In this document: positions 39,766 to 51,406 of the stretch, piece after piece
Numbering within the stretch: the stretch's first letter is position 1
Layout of the letters: every line of letters begins with the position of its first letter
From: Eukaryota sp. GEM-RC1
Lineage: Eukaryota
Length of the DNA stretch: 64,000 bases
Assembly: GCA_040285855.1 (NCBI GenBank)
Contig: JAUFOQ010000016.1
Location: forward strand, 2,294,001-2,358,000
Reading direction: 5' to 3'
Program-made: the position numbers and the translations under genes
Notes under the pieces: model-generated
Database searches by the model: none
Told to the model about the DNA's origin: nothing
What the model saw: the letters and a program-made list of their open reading frames with translations, nothing else

Positions 39766-40702
39766 TAGGAATGTGAGAATAGTTCAGTTCAGTTCAGTTC
39801 AAAAAAAGCGTGAACTGAACTGAACTAGTTCATGAACTGAACTGAACTATATTAACGTTTTCTCATCTGTTAAGTTGTAATCGCTACATAACTTATCGAA
39901 CGTGTATGCATGATGCTGTAAGAGATCAACTACATGCTATGTGTAAGTCTTACAAAATTGAGTCATCGGTATATGAACTGGATCAAATATACCATTGTTT
40001 CCACAATAATATACCTAAGATCAAATCAACAAGTCATCAACAAGTACATGTCGTACTCAATCGTTGCAAAATTTAATAAAGCATCATGTGAAAAACATAC
40101 TCTAAATAGACATCAGTAATTAACCATGAGTGCAAGCAAACATGCGATTGAACTGAATCATCACTTAACTGGAGTCTTGTTTTACATGCAATCAGTCCTG
40201 CAAGTAAAAATAAACGCTCAGACACAACACTACTGCTTTGAATTTTTGCATTTCTCCACAATAGCGTTGACAATCTAGGGTACGCGTTGTGATTTAAGGA
40301 CTAATAGTGTAAAGGGCTGTATGAAACATCACAAGTAGCTTCTGTGATAGACTTGTTGAACTCCGCAAACACTTGCTTTCGACGACCTTCTTCTTCCTCC
40401 TCTTCTTCTTCAGCTTTCGGTTCTTTGCTGTAAATTATCATCAACAAAAGTAAATTTACCTAAGAAAAAGGTAAATTTGATATTTAAACACTTGCGTTCT
40501 TACGTGGCGTTAAGTTGACCATTACATAACTCTATTGGGATACATCATTCTACGTTCCTTATATGTGGTGAAAAAGTGCATTTGTGTAGTAATAAGAAAT
40601 GGAATATAATGTAAGTTCATTTAGTTCAGTTCAGTTCATGGAGATGTGAACTAAACTGAACTAGTTCACGGCTGAACTGAACTGAACTAATTAACATTCC
40701 TA
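39766..40702 (-). mobile_element. Non-autonomous hAT DNA transposon (937 bp, internally deleted)
   Basis: TIRs TAGGAATGT.../...ACATTCCTA with subterminal AGTTC/GAACT arrays. Perfect 8-bp TSD GAATAAAG at 39758-39765 and 40703-40710. Internal minus-strand YPRLSTL..SSSVVSERLFLLAG..RLQLSDDSVQSHVCLHSWL matches the hAT dimerisation motif. Confidence 0.95.
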
Positions 40703-41294
40703 GAATAAAGTATCAATTTTTTGATCTAACATATCACATTTACCAGCTAGCATTTCCCACAGACTTTGATATCGTGGAGGTTCTGCTACTTCGAGAAGAT
40801 ACTCTCCAGAAGGAAGGACAATGAAGGTCTTGAAATCGACCAACAACATGTTCATCAATAAACACAACCAAATCATCATGAACCTGGGAACGTGCTTCAA
40901 AGCAAGTGAAAAGTTTCCAGAGGATTGAGCGTATGAAACAAAGTGACCATGTCTTCTGAGTTGAACTTAAATCACTATCTCCATTATCTCTTATCATTTC
41001 ATTGAGCATGAATAGAAAATGGTCTACCTTCTGTTCGTATAATAGTTTGCGCTCTAAACTTCTGGACATTGATTCGACTAACGGTTCACAGAGTTCGGCA
41101 TCGTTTACGATTACAGCGTCATAAAATTGAGCGACAAACTTTTCAGCTGGCTTCAAACATATCCAAGCTTCATTGAAGATTCGTATAGCTTCAGAGTTCA
41201 AGCTACTGGAGTGAGAATTCGACTCTAGAACATACTTCGGTGGGAAGTCTGGCTCTTCCGTATGATCAATTCTAGAAAGTTTTCTTGGGGGCAT
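40703..41294 (-). pseudogene. Hypothetical protein gene interrupted by the hAT insertion
   Basis: 184-aa ORF plus an overlapping frame (40700-40900) that stops at the TAG of the element's TIR. Coding-like sequence with stops continues beyond the other TSD (~39500-39757). Confidence 0.5.
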
Positions 41295-41562
41295 GAGAGA
41301 AAATCAATGCCGGGAATTTAAACCAAATGCTCTTCTATTTTCATCTCTACATCTTTTCTTAATCCTCATGCGTATGACTTGCAATCCCAATCTTATTCTC
41401 TGATCTGTCACGGCTGATCTTTTTATGAGTCTCTGATTGCTCAGAGTGCAAAACAGCTTGTGATATTTTTGCAAGCGACACCGAGATTTCCACTTTCACA
41501 CAAACATTTTGTAATATTGTCTCTTCAGTTTAATCGCTCTCACCGGTGTCACATTGTTACCT

Positions 41563-42047
41563 CATCTCTTCCTTCTTTCACTCCCCCGTCTGATCTCTTT
41601 AGTTTAAAAATCCCCTAGAAATCTCCCATCCTATGCCAGTACGTCTACAAGAACACCATTCAGATCCGTATTACCACCAATTTCTCAAAGAAAACGACCA
41701 GGACTTCCTAGTAACTTACAAACTCCAAACTCATCTGTGCTAGCTGGGCAAAAGTTGGCTAAAAACGTTAAGCTGCAACCTTTAGATAGAGCTAATAAGG
41801 GTTCTACAGGGGCCTCAGAATATAGTATATATTTATAGGAACTGTTTACTTTAATTTTTTACTCATTATGTCAAGTACAAACAGATACTTCAGTTAATTT
41901 CTAAACTATTGAATACGAATATGCAGAACTCAATATCGAGACTTGAGATATACATCGTCAATTTTTTTCTGCGTCTAGTTCTAATGTGCAAGACCCTTTC
42001 TCTGATCTTTTAACTCTGTTCCACAACGTTTAAAGACAAATATATTT
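41563..42047 (+). repeat. Direct partial copy of the giant gene's last ~90 codons and 3' flank (37080-37577)
   Basis: CATCTCTTCCTTCTTTCACTCCC...CAGAACTCAATAT is near-identical to 37080-37452, then similarity decays. Confidence 0.92.
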
Positions 42048-42819
42048 TAGTAATGTATATTTAATAAATTAATTGGTTTATGTCATTAATTAACTAACTG
42101 CAACCTACTAGTACAGTAGTAGTACATGTACTTGAACTATATTTATTGTTCTACATCTACTCTTGAACTACCACGATACAATTAAACCAATGTCGAAAAA
42201 GCTGCTTTCACCACACTTCAAGCACATTTAAAGTGTTAGCTGTTTGATGACGTCGTTTACAAGAGGAGTCTGTTATCCACAATTAATACACTAGTATTTA
42301 TTACTTCAAAGCGTAGTTGTAAAATAAACGGGCAAAAAATAATACAATACCGTATACAAAAATACAATACAAATACCGTATACAAAATACTGTATTAAGT
42401 GCATTTTTAATCTTGTAATAACAAGTGTTAAACTATGTGTATTGAGTCCACTGACTGCAAAAGTGATTGATCTTCAGGGTTTATTGATTTATTAACTATT
42501 TAATGAGCAGAGTCACTTAAATTCAATTTCAGTAACTTTGAGCAGTTGTTTAAACAATTTTTTTAAACTAAATACGATTGAAGAGGCATCGGTTAATCGA
42601 TCAACGAACATGTATAACGTCACTTTCGTCAAAAGAACTTGATGTCGAAAGGATCAAATACTGCACTGGACGACATGGGCAGGTTCAGTGTAGAGTAAGA
42701 ACCAGCAAAAACCATTTGATGAGGACACCATCAGTTTAGAACCATGTAATCTAGTTCCCACACTAATATACATCACACTGAAGGTTCCAACACAACAGGA
42801 AAGGCTAGTGCAGTGCAAC

Positions 42820-43254
42820 TCAATTAAAAATACTCTTTAGAAGGGGATCCTTCTCAAAACACGATCGTTGTCTATCTCCAGCGATTTTCTGTATCTCATC
42901 AGCAGCTTGACATTCAAGATACAACTCCGAGCATTTTTCAAGGGCATACACCCATGAATCACGTGTCTTTTCAGAAGAAGACGCGACATAGTATATACGA
43001 TCAAAGGTCCAAATGGCGAAATGAAACAAGTTGTCATAGCACCCTCGAGGTACAATGGCCGCGTGTCGGAGCGGTATGCATCCAACAGGACGATTGTACT
43101 GCGCTGCACCTTTACAATAGAAAAATTTGTGGTTACCAGCATCATCTAGTTTGAGAGCAAAGAAGCGCTCCTTGAATGATGTATTTACTTTTCCTCTTTT
43201 GTAAAGGAACCCAGCTTTGTCGGGACAGAGTGCTCCCAAGGACGGAAAGACCAT
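42820..43254 (-). CDS. Small PH-domain protein
   Basis: KAGFLYKRGKVNTSFKERFFALK..PVGCIPL..RIYYVASSSEKTRDSWVYAL is a canonical PH signature. First ATG at 43254. Confidence 0.88.
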   Translation of the reverse strand: MVFPSLGALCPDKAGFLYKRGKVNTSFKERFFALKLDDAGNHKFFYCKGAAQYNRPVGCIPLRHAAIVPRGCYDNLFHFAIWTFDRIYYVASSSEKTRDSWVYALEKCSELYLECQAADEIQKIAGDRQRSCFEKDPLLKSIFN

Positions 43255-43368
43255 GGAACTAGTTTCTAAAGTGTTTGTTAACGCAAGAAACTGGGCTTGA
43301 ATTTTGGCAAAAGAGGCCAAAGAGTGTTGACCAAATGACCAATTAGCCTTTACTTTTACAGAAATCTC

Positions 43369-45391
43369 ATGGTCACAATTCGATTGGCTCCCCCATCAAC
43401 AAGTCAACTTAATACTTCTAGATGCGATCTACCCACTTCTACTATGAAATCCCTTAATATAAGGCCTGGAGATCCTGTTTTGATTAATGTCCCCACCAGC
43501 TCTACAAAGATCCTTTGTTCTGCTTGGCCTTCTGTCAACAAAACTGCATCGTATTGTCCAGCCGATCATTCTGTTTATACCTGTAATTCATTAACTGCTT
43601 CTCCTAAATGCCATAACTGTGAAGCTTCACTAGAAAAAGTCTGTTTTACTCCACTTCAGGAACTCATCCTCCGTATACCATCTCTTCCTAGTCCACTCCT
43701 CGCTGCTGACCTCTCAGTTTTGAAAAAGTGTCTTCTTGGTCGTTACTTCTTCCCCAACGTCCTTGTCTCAACTCCCTTTGGAACTGCCACTGTCTCTCAA
43801 ATGTCTCCTTCTTCTCAAGGTGTAGGTAAGGTTGTCCTCACCACCCACCTTACCGTACACAATGGAGGGAATCTATTCTGTGACGCTCAGGAAGTAGTTA
43901 AGGGGAAGAAAGGTTTTGAAACTGGTCGATCTAGTTTAAAATTTCTGTTAGATTCAAAATTTCGACAGGTATGGCTCAGTCCAATGTTAGCTGCTTCTCA
44001 AAAGTCCAATCAAATTGACAATCACTGTTTGTTGATTGAATCCACTCGGACTGATAATGATGTGGTTGAAGAACTTCGACTGTATGCTGCGGAGCTAAAT
44101 ATTAAATTTCTTTTATTTCGAGCACCAAATTTTCAAACTTCCTTTTTGACAAATTTCCGATCATCATCGCACATGATCGTGATTCAGGACGTTGATCTCT
44201 TAGCACGTGATGTCATTGATGATGTAATTAAGATTATTAAATCCATTGACAGATCACCAGTTGTTTTGGTTTTAACTTCACCACGAGCTGATTTTTAGCG
44301 AGAAGTTAGTTGAGGTTTCAAAAATATTTTCATTAACACTACCATGTCCCCAAACAAGAATTGATCTTATTAAAAATTTGTCCAATAATTTAATTTTTTC
44401 TTCAGAGCTCGATTCCCGTGAAATGTCTCTCCTTTGTTTTGGTCTGGCTCGTCCCGAAATTCTTCAGGTATTTGCTCTACTTCAAGCTAAAAAGCTCAAT
44501 TCATCTGACCCTTATTTAACTCGGTCTGATCTCGTGCACTGTATTGGAGTAGTTCGTGATAGTCAACAAGAGTCAAGATTTATGACCCGTCAACGTAGTT
44601 CTGAGCTCCCATCGTGGGACGATGTTATTGGTTTGGATGAAGTTAAACTGTTCCTACATGAACACGTCATTAGTCCAATTAAATTTAACAGTTATTGTAA
44701 GGTGTCACAGGTGTCAAGGTGTATTTTATTTACTGGTCCAGCCAATTCTGGGTTTAAAATCGTGTCACAGGCCGTGGCTAATGCCATTGGAGCGGAGTTT
44801 TTCACGTTGAAGTTCCCTCTTTTTCAAACTCAATGCAGTTAGACTTTTCTAATATTATTTCGAAAGTTATTTCAGATTTTCAAAAATCATCCCGTGCTAT
44901 TCTTTGTATCAATCAAATTGAGGATTTTGATTTCTTTGGAAATCAGTTGTTACCACCAATTGTCAGTGGTTTTTCCAGAATTTTAAGTGAGAAACAAGAT
45001 TTAAATCATTTGATATTTATATCGTCAGCCAAACCAGATTGTATTGATTCGTGTCTTTTTTAAATTTGTCGAAAAAGTCGTATTTATTCACCCTCCACAA
45101 GCTTATGAACGTAAAAATTTGCTTAACATGTTTTTATCATCATATTCATCACAAATTAATCTGTCAAAGTTGGATTTTGATGAAATGGTGGACGCGTCAT
45201 CACTGTTGACTTCCGGAGAAATCAAACATGTAATAAACAAGGCAATGATTGAGTTAGGAAATGAAAATTGTGACTTTTGTACGGAGTATTTTGTTAAATG
45301 TCTTGAGAACGGCCAAAAATTTAAATTTTCCGATTTGGAAGCAATTATTGACTTCAATGAGGAATTCGACACATTGAAATCGAATTACTAG
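43369..45391 (+). CDS. Degenerate CDC48-family AAA protein, AFG2B/SPATA5L1-like (3 frameshifts)
   Basis: N-terminus RCDLPTSTMKSLNIRPGDPVLI..LCSAWP resembles the SPATA5L1 N-domain as I recall it. D2 SWDDVIGLDEVKLFLHEHVISP..RCILFTGPANSGFK..AVANAIGAEFFTLK..KPDCIDSCL..VFIHPP..ERKNLL. Confidence 0.68.
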
Positions 45392-45414
45392 AATGTATTG
45401 TATCATAAATCAGC

Positions 45415-48132
45415 TTAAACATGACTAAATACTTCAATTTTCTTAAGATTTTGAATAAAAGTCGAAACAGAAGTCAATGGGAAACTTATAAACCTAGTTC
45501 CATGAATGAAAAAGCCTCGAATTTTTCTGAAAAATTCTGCAAAATTTGGAATTACATGCGGCTTGGATCGAATATTTGAAAATAGTTCACTAAAACTGGA
45601 CCCGAAATCTTCTGCTACCAATCGTTGGTTGTTGAGACAAGTTATCTTGACACAGTACTGATGGCTTTCGTGACATTCAACCAACAGAAACTGTGAAAAA
45701 TTTAAAAAATTGAATTTAAATGAGGACTTCGTAAAAGGTTTGAAGGAAGTATAGAATACATGTAAATTATACAGAAGATTAGAAAAATCATTTGATTTCT
45801 TCAAAAACTGATGTACCATCTTTTGAATTTCAATGGAAAATGGTTCAAATAATGAGCTTAAAACTAATGCAGAAGTTGCAGAAACAACTGATCCCTGCAA
45901 CACATTTTGAAAATTCAAAGACGACGAATCAACAAACAATTCAAAAGTATCTCCTAATTTGTGTTTAGTAACAACATGCCCAAACTTATCAAAATTAAAA
46001 GAGAACAAATTTACAACCTCAGTATGATCAGACTCCACCAATTCCTTGTAAATAGCAATTGTTTGGAAGCAAGGAGGCTATTTGGACGAAGAAAGATAGA
46101 AGTTTAGCTGTAGTTGAAGCGACCTCCAGTACAAAACAGTCGCCACTTTTAACAATTGTAATAGATAACGTGTCAAAAGAAAAGTGATCGTAAATTTCTC
46201 GAAAGATATCGTCAAATACAATACAGGAGAGTCCAATATATCCAGGTTGAGCCTTGACAACACATTGTGACTCATCATTGAAGAATTGAGGGTTTAGGAA
46301 TTTGATGGAGTTGAGAGTGAAGATTTCAGAGTCAACAGAGTGAGAAATCGAAAATAGGGTGAATATTTGGCTAATATTTAGAAATTTGATTAATTTGAGA
46401 GGAACCATGGATAAAAGTCTTGCCAAATAAGTCTGAATTTCATGAGTAAGACTATCAAATGTGAAGGTACAAGATGACAACTCGGTAAAATTTTGGAAAA
46501 TTGAAGTACAATAATCAACTAAAGAGAGACATTGCGATTTACATAAAATTTCGGAATTAACTTGAAAATATTGCTCACATTCTGAAATACTAACGACAAA
46601 TTGTAAATTTGGACAATCAGGATGATCTAACAGTAGATTTTGATGGTCGGATATTCTGATATGATTGAAACCAAAACCAAAAATGAGAGCCAGTTGCTTA
46701 ATTTCCACGAATATAAATTCATTTTGAAATTTTTCAAAATGACAGTTAACTCACTGATCGCATCCTGGCCAACTGTACCCGCATAAACAGAAAACGTCAT
46801 TTGATCAAGTAATGGGATCAGGGAGCTCTTGACTTTCATTGACCAATCAGAACTGATTAAAGAATCGTTAAAGACCAATCGTCCAGTAAACTTATCAAAC
46901 GAAAGTCCCAGTCGAATAGATCCAATTTTCAAATAGAGCACGTCATCATGACAGTCGCAAAAAAGTAGGGAAGGTTTGAGAGAAGAAAGTAAGCAGTTGA
47001 GTCTTTCTCGCGTTGATGATACCATCAATCAAATTGGAAACGTTTACATCAGAAAAATCAAATTCTAGATTTGAATTATTAAAATTGGATGGAAAATGGG
47101 TTATATTCAACAGTGCATTGGATTCTGTTAATGAAAAGCCACACCTAGTAGATCTAAAGCGCCAGTAAGTCAAATTTAATACTTTTTTTGAAATATTCTG
47201 GGCAGCACCTTTTGCAATTCTACGTTTCCGAACCTCCTCTGTTCCAAAAGTGTAATGAAAATTTGGATAAACCTTAGATTCTAAAATTTTAAAAGATTGA
47301 CTAAGAAGAACCGAATTAATTCCAGCGAAGGAAATTTTCAACAACAAGTCAAACAAATTTTGAAATTTGGTTAGTGAAGAAGTATGTAAAACTCGTTGGA
47401 GTTTGGCTAACACAGATTTTGCTTGAGATACCGACATTACAGACTTTGGTCGGAACAAGAAGTTTAGACCGATTGCCTTCCAAGTGATTATATGTTGAGG
47501 GTCAATCAAATCAGTGATTGATTCAATCACGTCAACATTTAGAGCCTGTGATTTAGGTCTCATTTCTAAAGTGACGACAATAAGGCACAGATTTGAAATT
47601 TCCATCACAATATAAGAGTCATGAATTGAAATTTTTAATTTCCTTGGAAAAATTGAATTCACCATTGCAGATGTCATAAACATTTTTAAAATTTCCACTT
47701 CCTTATCAGTCAGATCAGAGCTAAATTCTTTTGCAGGGAAAACAACTGATGGAAACAAAGAGAAACAATGTCCAAAAGCTAGGCTTAAGGAACATGGGAG
47801 ATCCAAGGGTACGGTTCTAACTGTGGACATGTGCTTGAAAGTGTGGAATAAGCAATCTGATATCTCAAAAGAAGATCAGAATGCCTGGTAAGTCGTTCTT
47901 TTAAAAGAGGAAGAGATGAAATGAAAGGGAGACCGTGTTTAGAGTCAGCCCATTGATGAAGAACGTTAAGCCGATCGATTACTGTTTCAGCGTATTCAAT
48001 GAATGAATCGAAACGTTTTCTTTGATCATCGGGATTGGAAATTGAAGAAAGTTGAAGGGATAGTTCATGAAGTTGCAGACGTATAAGATAGTAAGCGTTT
48101 TTACATAGAGTTTCTAAAGACGCTGAAGACAT
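45415..48132 (-). CDS. MED14: Mediator subunit MED14-like protein (4 frameshifts)
   Basis: N-terminal SLETLCKNAY..LHELSLQL..QRKRFDSFIEYAETVIDRLNVLHQW, then SDCLF..VRTVPLDLPCSLSLAFGHCFSLFP, matching the Med14 N-domain pattern. Five overlapping ORFs join to ~900 aa. Confidence 0.6.
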
Positions 48133-48208
48133 TGGTTTGGTTGTTGAGAGATAATGATTCTGGTTTCAACCTCCATAATTTTCACTTCCAGAACAACTTT
48201 TCTTGGCT

Positions 48209-49089
48209 ATGACACACTCTGATCCAGTATCTCTACTTTTCACTCGTCTGCGTGAACGCAATATCACAGCTAAGGAAATGTTTGGTTGTTGTGATGAATG
48301 TTCTTCCTCAGCAATCCACCGTGAACAAAAACCCGATGACAAGGGCTTCTGCTATTACCATCGTAAAGATGCTCAGACGGCTGCTAAAGAAGGCTTTCTC
48401 CGTGTTTGTTATGGTTCCTGGCCTAACAGCTCTAAAATCAACGTCATTCCTCACCTTATTCGTTCTGTTCTCAAGACTGAGTGTCCCTCTCTTTCCATTG
48501 ACAACCTAGATGCCGGTTCTCTTCGTATAAATGGAATCGACAAGGACTACTTTGAAGAGAAACTCAAACATTTATCTAAAATGGAACACCAGTACGACCA
48601 GTCAGTCTCTAAACTCATAAAGGCTCTCTCACGGAAGAATATCATTTCGAAGGAGAACTTTACGTGTTGTCAAGAGTGCGCGTGTCAGCAGATTAGGAAA
48701 GAAAAGAAGCGGACTCATATAGGATACTGCTTTTACACATACCCAGATAGTCTACACGCCTTCAAAACTGGTGTCCTTCGACTCTCTTATGGAAGTGTTA
48801 ATTCAGATTCACCAAAGAAGTGTAAGGCTGTGGGTAGATTGATTGTGAAGACGGTGCACACTGTGTGTCCTCAGTTGGAAGTTGATTGGAATGGAGACTT
48901 GGGAAGAAGAATAGAACTCGCTGGAGTTGATCCAAAGTATTTTGAACATTTCATTGATGAAAAGATTTGACTGATAGTGAAAGTTCAGATGAAGAGGAGG
49001 AGGGAAGTGATTGCGATGTTGATCCTGAGATTGCCGAGGCTGTGGAGAATTTGGCTGTTGAGGGTCAAGATCTTGATGATATCGATTAA
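48209..49089 (+). CDS. Protein with two tandem DUF6891-like domains and an acidic tail (frameshift near 48962)
   Basis: Two repeats of L..RNI..KE.F.CC.EC...I....G(F/Y)C(Y/F)Y...D...A...G.LR..YG; the second ends VDWNGDLGRRIEL. A -1 shift at GAAAAGAT opens DLTDSESSDEEEEG..DDID*. Confidence 0.65.
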
Positions 49090-49364
49090 TTTAACGATTC
49101 AACGGGAGTTTATCCCAATAAAACATTATATGCGGTGTTTTAATAATCCTTTTTGTACGTTGAGATGCAGTTTAGAACATTGTTGTTTAAATGTTCTACA
49201 AACAATTAAAAGACTGAGTGTTTAGATCATTTGCCTGATAGTAATGTACACTCTGTACAGATCGATATGTAGATTATGATAATCTGATTATCCAATAAAA
49301 GAATGGTTTCAAGAATTTTGTCATTTCATCAGACTGTTCATCTTCATCTCTTTTATAACAAACA

Positions 49365-50924
49365 ATGCATCTCTCATTTCTCGAATGGATAGTCATTGTT
49401 TCAACTGGGGCAGGATCTTTTCTTCTTTCAACATTAATCGTTTCTCTCTTTTCAGACAAGTAAGTACCCTCCAATCTTTCTTACTCTAGATATGAACGAT
49501 CCAAACTCACTTCTCTCACTTGCATAATTGGTCTCACTCTCTGCATGACATTTGTTTCTCTCATACCCATTGATATCTACAACATCTCTTCAGGTCTTGA
49601 TCCATCTACTGGAGAACGAACTGCTTTCTTTGAAGAATCACTGGAAAGAGCCCAATTCATCCACTTCTTGTACAGTTCATTCTTCTTTAGCATACTCATC
49701 TACATATTCATTCTGGTTCCTTTCTCTTATTTTTGGTTTGAAGAAGATGACTTCAATCTAACCACCAAAGAACGTTTCATGGCTGCTCTAAAATACACAA
49801 TCTTCTCCATCCTTGCATTCGTCTCTCTATTCTTCATTGGGGCTCTCCTCCAAACCTCTTCTGCTGACGATACTGTTGATTGGATCAAAAAGCTCTTTGA
49901 AGGTCACGGAAGGTTTGACAATGGCGTGATCTTTGCTATTGGAGCTACTACCACCGTTGGCCTCTTTTCTTGGATTTTCTACACTGCTTATGGACTTTCT
50001 GGCTTCCCTCTAGCCCTACTCTCAACTCTATGCATTCCCTCTGACAATTCTACTGAGTTCCAACGAAAGGATTTGGAAGGTGAGCTGTCGCTGATTAAGG
50101 ATAAGAAGAAGGCTTTGGCAAGTGTTCGAGGACTATCAGGATCAGGGAAGAGAGATTTAAAGCAGTTGGGTAAGAAAGAGGAGATGTTGAGGGAGCAGCT
50201 TACTAAGTTACCGAAATCAGTAACCTCTTCGGTTGTTTTTAAAACATTGAGCCCTTTTTTCGGATTGATTGGCATTGTTCTTTTGATTTTGACCGTTGTC
50301 GTGATTGTCTCTTATACCACGTCGTTGATTGATGTTCTTCGATCACATAACGAATACGGAGAATACGTGGTTGCCATTCCTGTTATTAGCAATATAATTG
50401 ACACAATTATGCAATGGTCCGTCCCGTATTTTCCATTAAACGTCATCATTCTAGCAGTGATTGCCCTTCATATATTGACTTGCACAGTCTATGCAGTTGC
50501 TACTCTTGGAATTAGAATCATTTGTATTAAATTATATAGATTCAAGCTTAAATCCTCCTTCCCACAAGGAATGTTGTTAATGTCTGTATTGTTTGTTTGC
50601 TCGGCTCTTTGCTTTACTATACTTTCATCCTACATGAGCCCGCAGTACATTTCCTTTGGAAATCAGGTATACAAGAATGAAACTAGTGAGGAGTTGGTGT
50701 CATGTGGAGTCGTGGTCATTAACTCTACTGATTGTCAAATGTCTCAAATTTCAAGTGTTTTTAACTTGATTTCTGTTGCTTTTCCGTTATTTGGAATGTC
50801 ATACTTTTACGGTTCTTTTTTGTTCGTAGTTATTTTTGCATTGTCTTTGTTTTGGATTATACTACGGAAATGTTGTTGCGGATCTCAAGATGAGGATGAT
50901 TCAGAAGATGAATTCTTATTGTAA
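49365..50924 (+). CDS. LMBRD1: LMBR1-family multi-pass membrane protein (LMBD1-like lysosomal cobalamin escort); exons 49365-49459 and 49490-50924
   Basis: LIPIDI, YIFILVPFSYFWFEE, ALKYT, YTAYGLSGFP, FPLN, PQGML and SPQYISFGNQ motifs. Removing the 30-nt intron extends the frame to ATG 49365 and adds the first TM segments. Confidence 0.85.
49460..49489 (+). other. 30-nt spliceosomal intron
   Basis: GTAAGTACCCTCCAATCTTTCTTACTCTAG has a canonical GTAAGT donor, CTTAC branch-like motif and TAG acceptor, and contains the in-frame TAA. Splicing gives ...SDKYERSKLTSLTCIIG. Confidence 0.88.
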
Positions 50925-51406
50925 GTATTGTTCTGTGTTCTTATTGCCTGTAAATAAGTCATTTTGTTTTAGTTTTATAAAATTTGGACTTATTTTTTTG
51001 CCTTTGATTGTTGAATGATCACTTGCTTTATAAACTTTTAGTTTATGCTTTTTGCAAAGCAAACACGTTGACGGCTATGACTTTTGTAAAACAAAATATA
51101 TTGTGTTGCTCTTACACTATACCATCGATTTAGTGTCAGCCTTGATTTAAGGTCTGTCATTAGGGCGTTGAAAGTTGAATTGATTTTGTAACAAATAGTA
51201 ACTTTTAAATGGAACAGAAGAAAATGAACCAAAATAACTCAAAAGTCAAGATGTCAATCAATATACAACCAGTAGCACGTGTATTAGGCAAATGATACGC
51301 AACGATTCGTGGCTTTACATGAAGTTTGGATTGATTGTACCCAAAAAAACTGATTGCCAAATCTTCCACTCACACTACTTTACATCTATTTGAAGACTTT
51401 TCATCT

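Noticed and set aside
39780..39850. AGTTC/GAACT arrays (and TCACC arrays at 61620-61745) as CRISPR or satellite
   Set aside because: No repeat-spacer periodicity. They are subterminal repeats inside TIR/TSD-bounded hAT elements.
42661..42765. Hairpin CTGCACTGGAC..GTTCAGTGTAG followed by AGAGTA, as H/ACA snoRNA or ribozyme
   Set aside because: No convincing second hairpin or catalytic core; cannot be supported without a covariance search.
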